From Nitrospirales bacterium (GTDB lineage: Bacteria; Nitrospirota; Nitrospiria; Nitrospirales; UBA8639), in the NCBI GenBank assembly GCA_963555755.3, contig OY820905.2, forward strand, positions 896,001 to 960,000: 64,000 bases of DNA, in the 5' to 3' direction. Numbering within the stretch: the first letter of the stretch is position 1; each line of letters opens with the position of its first letter. The notes under the pieces were generated by a model. It had not been told where the DNA came from. It searched no databases and saw only the letters and a program-made list of their open reading frames with translations. Positions 1 through 10,136 of this stretch are shown here, piece after piece. A program made the position numbers and the translations under genes.

Positions 1-430
1 ATTGAGAAAAATTCGAAGCCTAGCACAGCTATGGCGTGTCGGCCCTTTTGCCAGTTTCCTGTGTTGCCAAGAAGCAGTACCCGACATGCTCAAGCAAGGT
101 GGAGGTGCCATTTTGTTTTCCGGCGCCACCTTATCCATTCGTGGCCGAGGCGGAGCCTTAGCGTTTAGCAGTGCGAAGTTTGGAGTGCGGGGTCTAGCCG
201 AATCCTTAGCGCGAGGACTCTAGCCCAAAGGCATCCATGTCGCTCATATCATCATCGATGGTGGCATTGCTTCACCTACGGATACGAAGTCCTCACTTGC
301 TGATCCCAATGAACCCTTACTCGATCCCGATGCAATGGTCCAATCCTATTGGAACCTCATCACCCAAGACCGTAGCGTCTGGACCTTAGAACTCGATCTC
401 CGCCCCCACCGAGAAGATTTTTTCGTATAG
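1..430 (+). pseudogene. 3' part of short-chain dehydrogenase/reductase (SDR) with in-frame TAG at 221-223
   Basis: GAILFSGAT...FSSAKFGVRGLAESLARGL*PKGIHVAHIIIDG...WTLELDLRP continues in the same frame to TAG 428-430; 5' end outside window. Confidence 0.8.
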
Positions 431-589
431 GCCCCCTTTCACAACTTAATAAGCCACTGACCGGGACCTCGAAGGAGGAGACGAATCAGGGACCAGTTGC
501 CATTTTGGTGGAATTGGGACCTATTCCATGGCCCGCCGCAGGTCATGGGGACCGTGTTGAGGGGTGAACAGCCTGCTCAGGCGTGGCAG

Positions 590-775
590 GAATGGCGAGA
601 TTTCTCCCAAGGGTCGAAATGACAAGAGGCGGAAGTGGTAAGGAGCAAGTCTGGTTGGATGAACAACTAGAAGGCTTCCTTCTGTCATTTCAAGTGCAAG
701 GAGAAATCTCTTGGCCCGAAAGAACGTGACCCGGGCGGGAATGGGGGAGAGTTCTCCCAAGGGTCAAAATGACAA
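590..775. repeat. REP-like short palindromes (GAGATTTCTC...GGTCGAAATGACA type), three copies
   Basis: ttctcccaagggtc(g/a)aaatgacaa at ~602 and ~752, with inverted tgtcatttcaag...gagaaatctc at ~682. Confidence 0.6.
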
Positions 776-844
776 TGGACGAGGGGTGATACGGGCGGAG
801 TGTCATAGGGTTTCGCCTTACTCCACCAAAATTGCAACTGATCC

Positions 845-964
845 GATTTGGCCAGATCTTCCGATCTTTTCCGTTGAATAGTCCCACTATTCCCCTCACA
901 TGATCGAAAGATCTGACTCAAACCAGCACACCCTCGTGACGATCGCTAATCTCGGACAGGCTCT
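845..964 (-). repeat. Family B miniature element, partial copy lacking the internal family A insert
   Basis: Matches 9170-9418 but reads gatcttccgatctttt|ccgttgaatagtcc where the others carry the ~120 bp A element. Confidence 0.8.
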
Positions 965-971
965 GAGAGAC

Positions 972-2645
972 TTACGACAATTTGATTCGACTACAAATTA
1001 ATTCATTTTCTGTATTGTCACTGCTATAGAGATGTCCCCAAATTTCCATACCTTTGTTTTTCGTTGACGTACATCGAATCAGACCAAAATTGTGCCGAGC
1101 CACAAACAATAATTTTTCAAATTTTGTCAGTTGTTTTTTCCGTGCATCCTTGCGATGACCCAGCTTTCCCCTCTCAAGTACCATCAGTGAAACAATTTTA
1201 TGAGCTGGAGGACGCGTGATCGCACTAGACGTGAATTGAAACACCTTTGCTTTCGCATTCCCTTCGCCTGATCGAGTCAGTTTGAACGCAGCAGCACAGT
1301 GGACATCGCCACTCAAAAAAATGATAGGTTTCCCCTCTTCACGAGAATACGCAAACACCTGATCAAGCATCTTGTCTCTTTCCGTATAATTACTTTCATG
1401 ATCCCATTCATCACGAAAATCGTCCTTGGCAATGGAAACATCCAACCCATTGACGAACGTGCTATGCCAGTGGACCACTGGAACCGGAGAAATGATAAAT
1501 AGGACTTTTTTCTGTTGTATCTCATCAGATTGAATCCATGTTTTAAACCGATCAAATTGGTTCTTCCCCAAAATCCGTTCTCCATCTTTCCCCGCATAGT
1601 TTCTATGCCCACGCATATCAAGGGCATAGAAACCAATATCTCCTTGGCAAAATTGGTAATCGAACTGAGGAGTGGGGTCGACACGTACTGGAGTTTCGCC
1701 AGGATTATGACTATGCTGATATTCAACATACACAGCCTTGGCGGCTTCAAACATGGCGTCAACCAAAAACAAATTTTGTTCTTTATTTTCCCATTCAAAG
1801 ATACTATCTAACTTATCTGACCTCTCATCATCGGTATAGGACCCCCACCCGTCCATAATTTCATGATCATCCCACATCATGTACATGGGAAAGCTTCGAA
1901 AGACTTTTCTTACCTCAGGAAAGGACCAATACTTTCTATACACATACCGATAGATCGTTTTGAAATATTTAATTAGTCCCGGCTTATCATTTTGATATTC
2001 ATCCCATAGGTGATCTTTATTCTCTTTCACCCATTTCCAAATATCTTCTTTCGTGCAATCAATGTAGATTTGATCCCCCCCTCCGATCACAAAACTCGCC
2101 TGATACTCGGTAAGAATGTCGTAAAAATCATCCCATAAATCAATTCCTGAGGCCCCCTTCTTGAAAGGGTCGTGACAACTGAAATAGCCAAAGGTGATAT
2201 TTTGAGGTTCTTCTGGGGGCGTTTGAAAACTATGTTCTTTTTCGAAACCAAACCGCCATCTACGATTTACAGGAACTTTCTTGTTAGCCACGACAGCGTA
2301 ATGATACGTGGTTCCTTGGTCCGATGTTTCATCGGGGCCTTTGGGAAGAGCTATATTGAAAACATGTGTTTTATCTTTTTCGTCATTGAACTCATGGCGT
2401 AGTAATATCGGATCTCGAATGCCTACCCGTTCTTTAATCCTTTCTAAGTAGTCTTCTATTTCTTCATCTTTTCCAATTTCATAAGGGTCGACCTTAATGC
2501 GTTGTGTCGACACAATCAGGGTATACATTCCAGCGACCGCCACTCGAACCCAGATTTTCGTGCTGCTTGAGGTCGTATGCCCGACAATGCACCCATCAGA
2601 TAATCTGTTGGCCAACTCTTCTCTCTCAAACGTATATTTTTTCAT
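972..2645 (-). CDS. PhoD-like (alkaline phosphatase D family) metallophosphoesterase, no evident signal peptide
   Basis: Motifs FSCH, GGGDQIY, MWDDHE, LDMR, LSGDVH; AT-rich coding sequence. Confidence 0.8.
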   Translation of the reverse strand: MKKYTFEREELANRLSDGCIVGHTTSSSTKIWVRVAVAGMYTLIVSTQRIKVDPYEIGKDEEIEDYLERIKERVGIRDPILLRHEFNDEKDKTHVFNIALPKGPDETSDQGTTYHYAVVANKKVPVNRRWRFGFEKEHSFQTPPEEPQNITFGYFSCHDPFKKGASGIDLWDDFYDILTEYQASFVIGGGDQIYIDCTKEDIWKWVKENKDHLWDEYQNDKPGLIKYFKTIYRYVYRKYWSFPEVRKVFRSFPMYMMWDDHEIMDGWGSYTDDERSDKLDSIFEWENKEQNLFLVDAMFEAAKAVYVEYQHSHNPGETPVRVDPTPQFDYQFCQGDIGFYALDMRGHRNYAGKDGERILGKNQFDRFKTWIQSDEIQQKKVLFIISPVPVVHWHSTFVNGLDVSIAKDDFRDEWDHESNYTERDKMLDQVFAYSREEGKPIIFLSGDVHCAAAFKLTRSGEGNAKAKVFQFTSSAITRPPAHKIVSLMVLERGKLGHRKDARKKQLTKFEKLLFVARHNFGLIRCTSTKNKGMEIWGHLYSSDNTENELICSRIKLS

Positions 2646-3132
2646 GACATCTCCTCAGAACAGAAAACATTGATAATCCCATGAAAAATTTTTACTCTGA
2701 TTGGCGAACCGCAATTAATGAGATTATGATGCCCCACACTTTGGGACAATCGGACGAATTACTCCCCGGTGATCTAACACATACTATTGAAAAGACCTAC
2801 TTCTTCCGCGTTCTACGAGGGGAATAATCAAAATTTCATGGATGAACAGCATTTCTGGAATGCCTGCTAAGCGAAATTTTAAAAAGGCCCGGTGCCGATT
2901 GTAGGAACCTATTCAGAGAATTTCATTGGCACTTTGATTACCCAGGAAACTCAATTTTCCCTGGAAGAGCCTGTCTTTCTGTATTTTTCAAATCAACTCA
3001 CAATTGGTTTTTTCAACTAAACATTCAACTTCCACCACAAACATCTTTCCAAAATTAGTATCCAATTGGATACACTCCTGTATCCAGTTAGCCATAGGCG
3101 AAAGGATGTAAAAAACGGGAAGTCAATTCAAC

Positions 3133-3170
3133 CTAGAAACGGCAGTTGGGCGCAAAAAAGACGTGTAAGA
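3133..3170 (+). repeat. Family F miniature element, truncated end
   Basis: ctagaaacggcagttgggcgcaaaaaagacgtg matches the end of 11110-11231. Confidence 0.7.
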
Positions 3171-3229
3171 AATGGGGAAGGAATCAAAATGGGACAACAT
3201 CAGAACATACTGAGCCAGAAAATGACTGA

Positions 3230-3901
3230 TCACCGCCGAACATAGAGCAATTCACATGCTTCGCAATATCCATCCAGGCGGCCACGGTCGAAGGCTTCGA
3301 CCAATTGTGTTCTGACCCAATCGTACCCTTGCTGGCCACCAATACCATCAACGCCTTGCGACATCATCATTTGAAAACCTACATCAATCAGCCGTTCTTT
3401 ACGTTCGTTCATTTCTTCAGAAACGAATTCAGCGATGACGGCCTCGGCATAATGTTTTACAATCTCTTCACGGAATTTGTCGTATCCCAACTTCGCCACG
3501 GTGGCTTCACGGATTTTCACTAACTCTGCTTTTATTCGAGGAATATCCTTCATCAACGTGCGAAAAATTTCAAGCCGTCCTTCATCCCACAATTTTTTTT
3601 CCATGCCTTCGAGCACAACACCAGGATCAACGGTCTCGGCCGGCACATTCTCATGATGATCCGTTTTAGCACCAAACCCGCCAAACCGCATTCGTTCATA
3701 CGATTTTCGGGTTTCCGGGTCGCCCAGGATTTCATAGGCCGCGTTGAGTTCTCGGATCTTCTCTTCCGAATCTTTGTTCCCCTGATTGCGATCAGGGTGA
3801 AACTTCAAAGCCAATTTTCGATATGCCTTCTTGATCTCTTCGGCAGAAGCCTCGGGAGTCACATCCAATGTCACATAATAGTCAAGATGAATTCTCGGCA
3901 T
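3230..3901 (-). CDS. J-domain (DnaJ-family) protein
   Basis: DYY..L...[20 protein letters not shown]-domain with HPD motif. Confidence 0.9.
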   Translation of the reverse strand: MPRIHLDYYVTLDVTPEASAEEIKKAYRKLALKFHPDRNQGNKDSEEKIRELNAAYEILGDPETRKSYERMRFGGFGAKTDHHENVPAETVDPGVVLEGMEKKLWDEGRLEIFRTLMKDIPRIKAELVKIREATVAKLGYDKFREEIVKHYAEAVIAEFVSEEMNERKERLIDVGFQMMMSQGVDGIGGQQGYDWVRTQLVEAFDRGRLDGYCEACELLYVRR

Positions 3902-3907
3902 GATGTC

Positions 3908-4294
3908 CTACTGCTTCCTCACGACGCGAGGCTTCGAGGTTTGACTCGATTGGGTTTGGGGTTTCCAGCGAGTAATCCGGCGACGAAAGGCTTGCTCACC
4001 TCGGAAGGGAGACACACACCGAGTCAAATCAAGTACGGGAAGTGAGTTGAGGTGATGAAGATGTTCGAGCTTCCAGGTGAATGGCATTTGATCGATGTGT
4101 GTAAATGATTGTCCAGTTTTCGGCCATCCCAACGACACCTGTTGATACCCACGGGAAAACAACAACAGCTCTTCATCAAACAGAGCCGTGTTGATTTCGT
4201 CAGTTCCCCCATAGACTTTGAATGAGTTGGCCACACACTGAAAGGTCACGGACTGCTCCAATCCTTCGGGCATACAACACGGCACTACCCGCAT
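3908..4294 (-). CDS. hypothetical protein
   Basis: 128-aa ORF ending 6 nt upstream of the J-domain gene; no recognised motif. Confidence 0.3.
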   Translation of the reverse strand: MRVVPCCMPEGLEQSVTFQCVANSFKVYGGTDEINTALFDEELLLFSRGYQQVSLGWPKTGQSFTHIDQMPFTWKLEHLHHLNSLPVLDLTRCVSPFRGEQAFRRRITRWKPQTQSSQTSKPRVVRKQ

Positions 4295-4546
4295 TGTTCT
4301 TTTACGTGTTCTAAATATTTAGCACTTTTCAAAAGATTTCCCAAGGAGAGGGACTCAGTCAACGGGGCACATCACCACTCCGGTGGATCACAGATGAGGC
4401 GTCATTCTAGGAACCTTCACATGTGGGGACAATGAGAGGCAGGTTGAAAAACAAAGATTGGCTGGCGGCAAACCCGAGACGACACAAGATGCACCCCCAC
4501 ATCAACAACACATTCCTATCAATCTTGGAACGCGATCAAGAAGTTA

Positions 4547-4909
4547 GGAGCCTGTCCGAGATTAGGGATGGTCACGAGGATGTGCTGGTTTGAATCAGAT
4601 GTTTCGATCGTGTGAGGCCAATAGTGGGACTTCAACGAAAACGGGAAATATTCAAAAAGCATGCCCTCGCGGAGGCGGGGGGCCGTCCAGCAAGGCCGCA
4701 GGGCTTTAGGCGCGCGGAGCGTACAGGGAGTACGTGAGCACGCCAAAAGCCCGAGAACGCAGATGGCTTATCTGCCGTAGCCTTGGCGAAGGTTGGCGGT
4801 CCCCCGCCTCCGCGAGGGCATGCTTTTTCAACATTCCCCGAAAAGGATCGGAAGATCTGGCCACCTTCAGCGCATCCGTAGTAGATTCGGCTAATCTGGG
4901 ACAGGCTTC
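4547..4909 (+). mobile_element. Family B composite miniature inverted-repeat element with nested family A element (4643-4839)
   Basis: TIRs ggagcctgtccgagattag / ctaatctgggacaggcttc; near-identical copies at 9128 and 21002. Confidence 0.85.
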
Positions 4910-4912
4910 TCG

Positions 4913-5260
4913 TTAGCGGCGAAGGGGATTGGGAAACATCAGCACGTAGCCTTTCGATTCCATGCATCGACCAGTCTCCAATCCCAACGTAACTGTCGTA
5001 CTGATCCATTCCCCATAGGCATCAAGATTGCCTTCGCATTCAGCATAATCCACGGTCATGTCAATCTCGGAACTTCCCACCCGTTCCCACTCACTCTGCT
5101 GGCAATCCCAATAGGGATGACACAAACGATCAGCGCGATTGGTCCCATAGTCAGCTTCGGCGTAGTGATTCAATGAATCCGAAATACACCCTGAAAATGC
5201 CACACTCGCGACGACACTCAACAATAGCCCGAGACTCCATTGACGACCTGGCGTCATCAC
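4913..5260 (-). CDS. putative Cys-containing lipoprotein
   Basis: Hydrophobic N-terminus with FSGC lipobox; GGGGG RBS upstream. Confidence 0.65.
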   Translation of the reverse strand: MMTPGRQWSLGLLLSVVASVAFSGCISDSLNHYAEADYGTNRADRLCHPYWDCQQSEWERVGSSEIDMTVDYAECEGNLDAYGEWISTTVTLGLETGRCMESKGYVLMFPNPLRR

Positions 5261-5334
5261 ATCCCCCCTTGGTAGAAAAGCAATGATAGACGGAAAGACT
5301 GGATCTCACTCTTGAGATCAACTACAGTGGCTTA

Positions 5335-5513
5335 GGACCTGCGAGAAAATAACTTAGACATCTCGCATCCAATCTTCGGGCCATTTTTGAACGGGCCTCA
5401 ATCGAAAAACCCTCAACATAGCTGTGCTATGCCTCGGGTGTTTCTCAATCGTTCCGTTCAAATCCGACCCAAATCTTGGCGCGATAGTGTCCAAGTTATT
5501 TTCTCGCAGGTCC
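5335..5513. mobile_element. Family C MITE with TTA target duplication
   Basis: TIR ggacctgcgagaaaataactt / aagttattttctcgcaggtcc flanked by tta...tta; copies at 15914 and 59372. Confidence 0.85.
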
Positions 5514-5573
5514 TTATCGGTCTCAACACGTGTAAACAACAGGGATGTGTCACGCTCCACAAGCAGGGGGCCC

Positions 5574-6089
5574 ATGTTCATGATGATGCCAAACCGGAAA
5601 CTTCCCATACGAAAGATCATCTCCGGTGGCCAAACCGGCGTGGATCGTGCAGCCCTTGATCTAGGCCTCAGCTTCAGCATTCACATTGGCGGATGGTGTC
5701 CGAAAGGACGATTGGCAGAAGACGGCCCAATCCCACGTTTCTACCCATTACAGGAAACACCCTCTTCTCGGTTTTCCCAACGAACCGAATGGAATGTCAG
5801 GGACTCCGACGGAACCTTCGTCCTGACCTACGACTCCCCAACTGGAGGAACAGCCCTGACCATTCGTTTGGCCAAACACCACCACAAACCATATCTTGTC
5901 CTAAACTTAGACCAGAGATCCGATGCCACCGTCGTGTCATCGTGGCTCAACCAACACGACATCCGTACTCTCAACATCGCCGGTCCACGGGAAAGCACGT
6001 CCCCTGGAATCTACGAATCGGCCTATGCCTTCCTTCACACATTCGTGCACCAGTATGAGGAAAAAGACACATCTAGATTGTTCGAGTGA
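5574..6089 (+). CDS. putative molybdenum carrier protein family (SLOG-like)
   Basis: KIISGGQTGVDRAALD, GGWCPKGR, RTEWNVRDSDGT, LNIAGPRES; ATG 5574 follows AGGGGG (the ORF-track 5' extension is MITE sequence). Confidence 0.85.
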   Translation: MFMMMPNRKLPIRKIISGGQTGVDRAALDLGLSFSIHIGGWCPKGRLAEDGPIPRFYPLQETPSSRFSQRTEWNVRDSDGTFVLTYDSPTGGTALTIRLAKHHHKPYLVLNLDQRSDATVVSSWLNQHDIRTLNIAGPRESTSPGIYESAYAFLHTFVHQYEEKDTSRLFE

Positions 6090-6143
6090 TTGTCCGAATA
6101 CCTGAAAGGACCAGGGCGCAGAGGGCCATTCGGTTGAAATTTA

Positions 6144-6284
6144 GGGCACCTCTAAAAACTAGGCATTTTTTGTGAGGGCAAGGAAGCCGCGCGCGGAAAA
6201 CCGGAGTGTATGGGCGAATACATGAGGATTTGAGCACACGGCTAACGCCGCCATCACAGAAAAGGACGGTTTTTAGAGGTGCCC
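6144..6284. mobile_element. Family D MITE (141 bp)
   Basis: TIR gggcacctctaaaaac / gtttttagaggtgccc; copies at 7300, 32487, 33428. Confidence 0.9.
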
Positions 6285-6327
6285 TTTACTAAAAGGCTTT
6301 TACAAGGAAGTGGCAAAACCCAGGAGG

Positions 6328-6525
6328 TTATCCTTTTCGTCTTGTTAACGGAGGACGTCCCGGTCCCCCAGGATGCCAAGGTTTGCTTCCTTTCCGCTCA
6401 CGCATCATAGTCCGTCGCTTCCGCAAATGGATTTCACAAAACCAGTTACTCACGGCTTTGCGAGGACAATAAATACACAAGCCGGCTTCCTTGTGACGCC
6501 GCTGATATCGTTGCTGCCTTGTCAT
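6328..6525 (-). CDS. small basic protein with CxxC-x9-CxxH putative zinc finger
   Basis: 65 aa; preceded by TTGTAT-N17-TATCAT-N7-ATG (leaderless-type promoter). Confidence 0.6.
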   Translation of the reverse strand: MTRQQRYQRRHKEAGLCIYCPRKAVSNWFCEIHLRKRRTMMRERKGSKPWHPGGPGRPPLTRRKG

Positions 6526-6615
6526 AACTAAAATGATAACATGTTTTTATCAGTAATACAATAATATAATTATTGCCGAAACCTGCCTGGCCTTGGGGCG
6601 CTCAAGGAGTGACAC

Positions 6616-7113
6616 ATGAATCCCTTCGCGCTTTTTTTACCGTTGATTCTAGGGCTCTTCGGACCAGGGCTTACTCTCGACCGACAATTCACACCCAACG
6701 ATATTTTGGCAAGCCAACACCATCCCAAGAACGCGCGTGACCACAGGACCGATGGAACACCTGCCAAGGTACGGGGCGATGTCATCCCCCTTTCGCAAGT
6801 CTTACAATATCCAGAAAAATACCATGGAAAAGTTATTCGCCTACGCGGCACCGTCACACGACTTGAGCTGCACCTTGATGACACACACCATTTCATTGAT
6901 TTCGTGTTTTTCCTCAAAGACGGAGATCAGCGGGTCCTCGTCTTTGGACGTCACGACCGGACAACAGGAGACATTCAATTGACAAGCGATCGAATGGTCG
7001 AGGTCCAGGGCTTGTTTTGGCAAGAACGATTCGCTAACGGGCATCGTTTCGAAAATAACCTGGAAGCCCGGCACATCAGCTTTTACCCACCACTCCTTCC
7101 CGACCAAGCTTAG
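6616..7113 (+). CDS. exported OB-fold-like protein
   Basis: AAGGAG RBS, signal-like N-terminus, PEKYHGKVIRLRGTV...VEVQG OB-fold pattern. Confidence 0.7.
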   Translation: MNPFALFLPLILGLFGPGLTLDRQFTPNDILASQHHPKNARDHRTDGTPAKVRGDVIPLSQVLQYPEKYHGKVIRLRGTVTRLELHLDDTHHFIDFVFFLKDGDQRVLVFGRHDRTTGDIQLTSDRMVEVQGLFWQERFANGHRFENNLEARHISFYPPLLPDQA

Positions 7114-7268
7114 GGTTGGCGCAAGAATACCCTCCCCTGTTTGGGCGTCGATCCATCCAGTCTAGCGGCGTTGCTCGTCCTTTCCATACACGAGTATGCG
7201 CAGTCCTCGCGCCTTGCCAGACAGGTGTCTCAGCACCCAAACAGGGGAGGGTATTCTTGCGCGAACCC
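7113..7268. mobile_element. Family E MITE (~157 bp)
   Basis: TIR gggttggcgcaagaatac / gtattcttgcgcgaaccc; copies at 34014 and 56003. Confidence 0.85.
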
Positions 7269-7299
7269 TAAACGCCTCACACCAGAAATACATGGTTAT

Positions 7300-7440
7300 G
7301 GGCACCTCTAAAAACCGTCCTTTTCCGTGATGACTGCGTCAGCCGCGTGCTCACATCCTCATGTATTCGCCCATACACTCCGGTTTTCCGCGCGCGGCTT
7401 CCTTGCCCTCACAAAAAATGCCGGGTTTTTAGAGGTGCCC
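7300..7440. mobile_element. Family D MITE abutting the stop codon of the next gene
   Basis: Same TIRs as 6144; followed directly by tta 7441-7443. Confidence 0.9.
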
Positions 7441-8532
7441 TTATGCCTGTATGAAGAGGTATGAGTCTAGAATATCGGCAGCCGCACTCACCCCCGATTC
7501 AGGCGGAGGCTCGCTCGGACCGGGAAGGGCTTGAACCCCCTCCAACACTTCGCGCCATGCTCCTGAAAAAAAATCATCCTTTGAAAGTTCGTATGACCGT
7601 CCGTACCGATGTGCGTAGTCCACTAACACGCCTTCATCAGCGAAATTGTATCGCCGCACATATATGAAGGGCTTTCCGACCGCTACCGCTTCTATCACCG
7701 TCCCATATCCAGGCTTGGACAAAATGATATCCGAAGCCCCAAACAATTCATCAAAACTCATGGGGACATCCCGCGTAGACATCAGCCGCGCATAGTTGGT
7801 CGGAAGGGACAGGTCCAACAGAAATTGATAAGGAGAAAGCTGATCAATGATATCAAAGGGCAAGGAATCCAGTGGTACACCACCCAATGCGACTAAAACC
7901 AGAGGCCCATCAGACGCTTTTCGAATGTTGTGAGAGAAAACTCGCGGGTCAACAGGGGTGGAATGCCCAATGGGCCCGACATCAAGATGTTGGGAAAACG
8001 ATTCCATTGGCAAGGCCGGGGCAAGCCGAATCGCCAGTTCAGCGCATTTGTAAACCTCCCGAATATGGCTGACAATGTGCCCGTGTTCAGGATTGTGTGG
8101 ATCCACCAACTCGTGAAGCACATGGTCCCAAGACAAGGAACCTAACGCAAGAGCAGGAATCCCGGCGCGCGATCCAGCTTCTAAGGCCAAGTACGAAATA
8201 TTGGAAAGCACGAGGTCAGGAGTGTAGCGCTTGATGGTTTCACATTCTTCAAATACCCGTCGATCCCAAGTATCATGGAAATCGTGGTAGGCTCGCCACG
8301 TTGCCGGCACATCGATCGTGAGCGGGCTCTGTTGAACACAGCCAACATCCTGCTTCTGAACACTGAGTTCCCATGGAACGGTTAAGCGGTTGGCAAAAAA
8401 ATGACCCGGAACAGTGGTGCGTAGCAGGACCTTCAGCGTAGGATTTCGCCGCCCCAACTCGTTCAACACCGGGACAACTTGAGATGCATGCCCATACCCG
8501 TGACCGGAAATCGCACACCAAATGAGTGGCAT
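7441..8532 (-). CDS. GT-B fold glycosyltransferase-like protein
   Basis: ISGHGYGHAS N-terminal motif, SKPGYGTV.E C-terminal motif. Confidence 0.8.
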   Translation of the reverse strand: MPLIWCAISGHGYGHASQVVPVLNELGRRNPTLKVLLRTTVPGHFFANRLTVPWELSVQKQDVGCVQQSPLTIDVPATWRAYHDFHDTWDRRVFEECETIKRYTPDLVLSNISYLALEAGSRAGIPALALGSLSWDHVLHELVDPHNPEHGHIVSHIREVYKCAELAIRLAPALPMESFSQHLDVGPIGHSTPVDPRVFSHNIRKASDGPLVLVALGGVPLDSLPFDIIDQLSPYQFLLDLSLPTNYARLMSTRDVPMSFDELFGASDIILSKPGYGTVIEAVAVGKPFIYVRRYNFADEGVLVDYAHRYGRSYELSKDDFFSGAWREVLEGVQALPGPSEPPPESGVSAAADILDSYLFIQA

Positions 8533-8651
8533 CGGTTACCCCGCGCTCCATATAATACATTGTCCTCTCATCAAAGTACTTGACGATTTTTGAGGAAAGC
8601 AGTATTCCACCACCAAGTCACAGTACCCAAGACACCAAGGTTTCCTGATCC

Positions 8652-9128
8652 ATGACGACATTCGCCCACGTACCAACATGCGTGATCCGTCTTACCTCTA
8701 TGGGGTTTCTGTTGTGGCTAGCCAGTTGTAGTGGTGGTCCCTTGAAATCCACACTACCCCCGTCGCTGCCACCTACAGAAGTTATGCACATCGAACAACA
8801 ACAAAATGTTGAAGACCAACTTCTACGCACCATGGCCAAAGCTCGCAAGTTAGGACCAGCCAACCCACTCCTGCTGAGCACGATATACAGCTTAGCGTCT
8901 TTTTATCGCGACCACGAAGAATTTGAAAAAGCCGAAGGGATGTATCAAGAGGCCTTATTGTTAAAAGAACACGTCAATGGCCCTGAACACCAAGACGTCG
9001 CGATGATTCTTCACCAATACGCCGACCTCCTCCGAGAGGCCAGTCGCCTGGAAGAGGCCACAGCGCTTGAACACCGTGCCCGCCAAATTCAGGCCTCCCA
9101 TAATCAGCCCACCCATTCCCGCCCCTAG
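8652..9128 (+). CDS. TPR-containing lipoprotein
   Basis: LASC lipobox; kinesin-light-chain-like TPR (LASFY...AEGMYQEAL...GPEHQDVA). Confidence 0.8.
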   Translation: MTTFAHVPTCVIRLTSMGFLLWLASCSGGPLKSTLPPSLPPTEVMHIEQQQNVEDQLLRTMAKARKLGPANPLLLSTIYSLASFYRDHEEFEKAEGMYQEALLLKEHVNGPEHQDVAMILHQYADLLREASRLEEATALEHRARQIQASHNQPTHSRP

Positions 9129-9465
9129 GACCCTGCCCAAGATTAGACAGATCTACTGCGGATGTGCTGGATTTGGTCAGATCTTCCGATCCTTTTCGGG
9201 GAATGTTGAAAAAGGCCGCCAGCTGCGTTCTCGAGCTTTGGGCGTGCTCACGTACTCCGTGTACGCTCCGCGCGCCCAAAGCCCTGCGGCCTTGCTGGAC
9301 GACCTTTTTGAACATTCCCCGTTTTCGTTGAATAGTCCCACTATTCGCCTCAAACGATCGAAAAATCTGACTCACACCAGCACATCCTCGCGACGATTGC
9401 TAATCTCGGACAGGCCCCTAGGAACCTGCCCAAGATTAGACGAATCTACTGCGGATACGCTGGCC
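9128..9465 (-). mobile_element. Family B composite element (9128-9418, family A nested at 9198-9320) plus an adjacent partial end (9421-9465)
   Basis: Reverse-orientation match to 4547-4909; starts at the TAG of the TPR gene. Confidence 0.85.
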
Positions 9466-9658
9466 CACTTTCCACAACATTGCAAATTCACAGGACCAGA
9501 AATTCCTCATCGCTAGGAAATTTTTTCCGAGTGGCGGACAGGAACGTGATAAAACAAGGAGGAACTTTTATCAAAAAACCAATACCGACACCATTAAATC
9601 TTGGCATGCGACTTGAATATATTTTAGACAGGACCACTCTGCACTGAGGAGATCGCGC

Positions 9659-9967
9659 ATGAAAACAAAAACCAAATCTGCTCCCAAACCTGCACGTCGC
9701 TCCAAAATTTCCTCGCGGGAATCTGCCCCAACATCCACGCAACAAACACGAACTATTCCCCGATGTACTCGATGCGGATCCCGGACGATTCGCCTTGAAC
9801 AATTCAATCAGGAGCTGCTAGCCGTCCTGGCCATACATTGTCTTATTTGTGGTCATCACGCATTCATTGGCAAGCCCATGGTTCGCCTGATTCGCAGACC
9901 CGAAATCCCTCAAAGCATTGCCACCAAAAAAGAAGCTGTCAAAACCTCAATCCCTGAAAACGTGTAG
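9659..9967 (+). CDS. small basic zinc-ribbon protein (CxxC...CxxC)
   Basis: GAGGAG RBS; CTRCG...CLICG. Confidence 0.7.
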   Translation: MKTKTKSAPKPARRSKISSRESAPTSTQQTRTIPRCTRCGSRTIRLEQFNQELLAVLAIHCLICGHHAFIGKPMVRLIRRPEIPQSIATKKEAVKTSIPENV

Positions 9968-10136
9968 TCGTACATTCCCACAGCAGTTTCCCATGGCCCT
10001 CTGAGCCACCCACGTATGATGAAAATGACCGCTGGCCTTCGTGAAACGGAAGGCGTAAGGCGGAAGGGGGTGGAAAGAAGAGCTTCGTTTCCCGTCTACC
10101 GTCTGACGATTGTCGAAGCAGACCGGAACGATGTAC

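Noticed and set aside
4519..5009. ORFs over repeats (also 8974-9516, 20884-21297, 33792-34354, 41956-42417, 43217-43668, 46591-46887, 47661-48063)
   Set aside because: They are translations of the palindromic elements; the same peptides recur at each copy and there is no RBS or domain support
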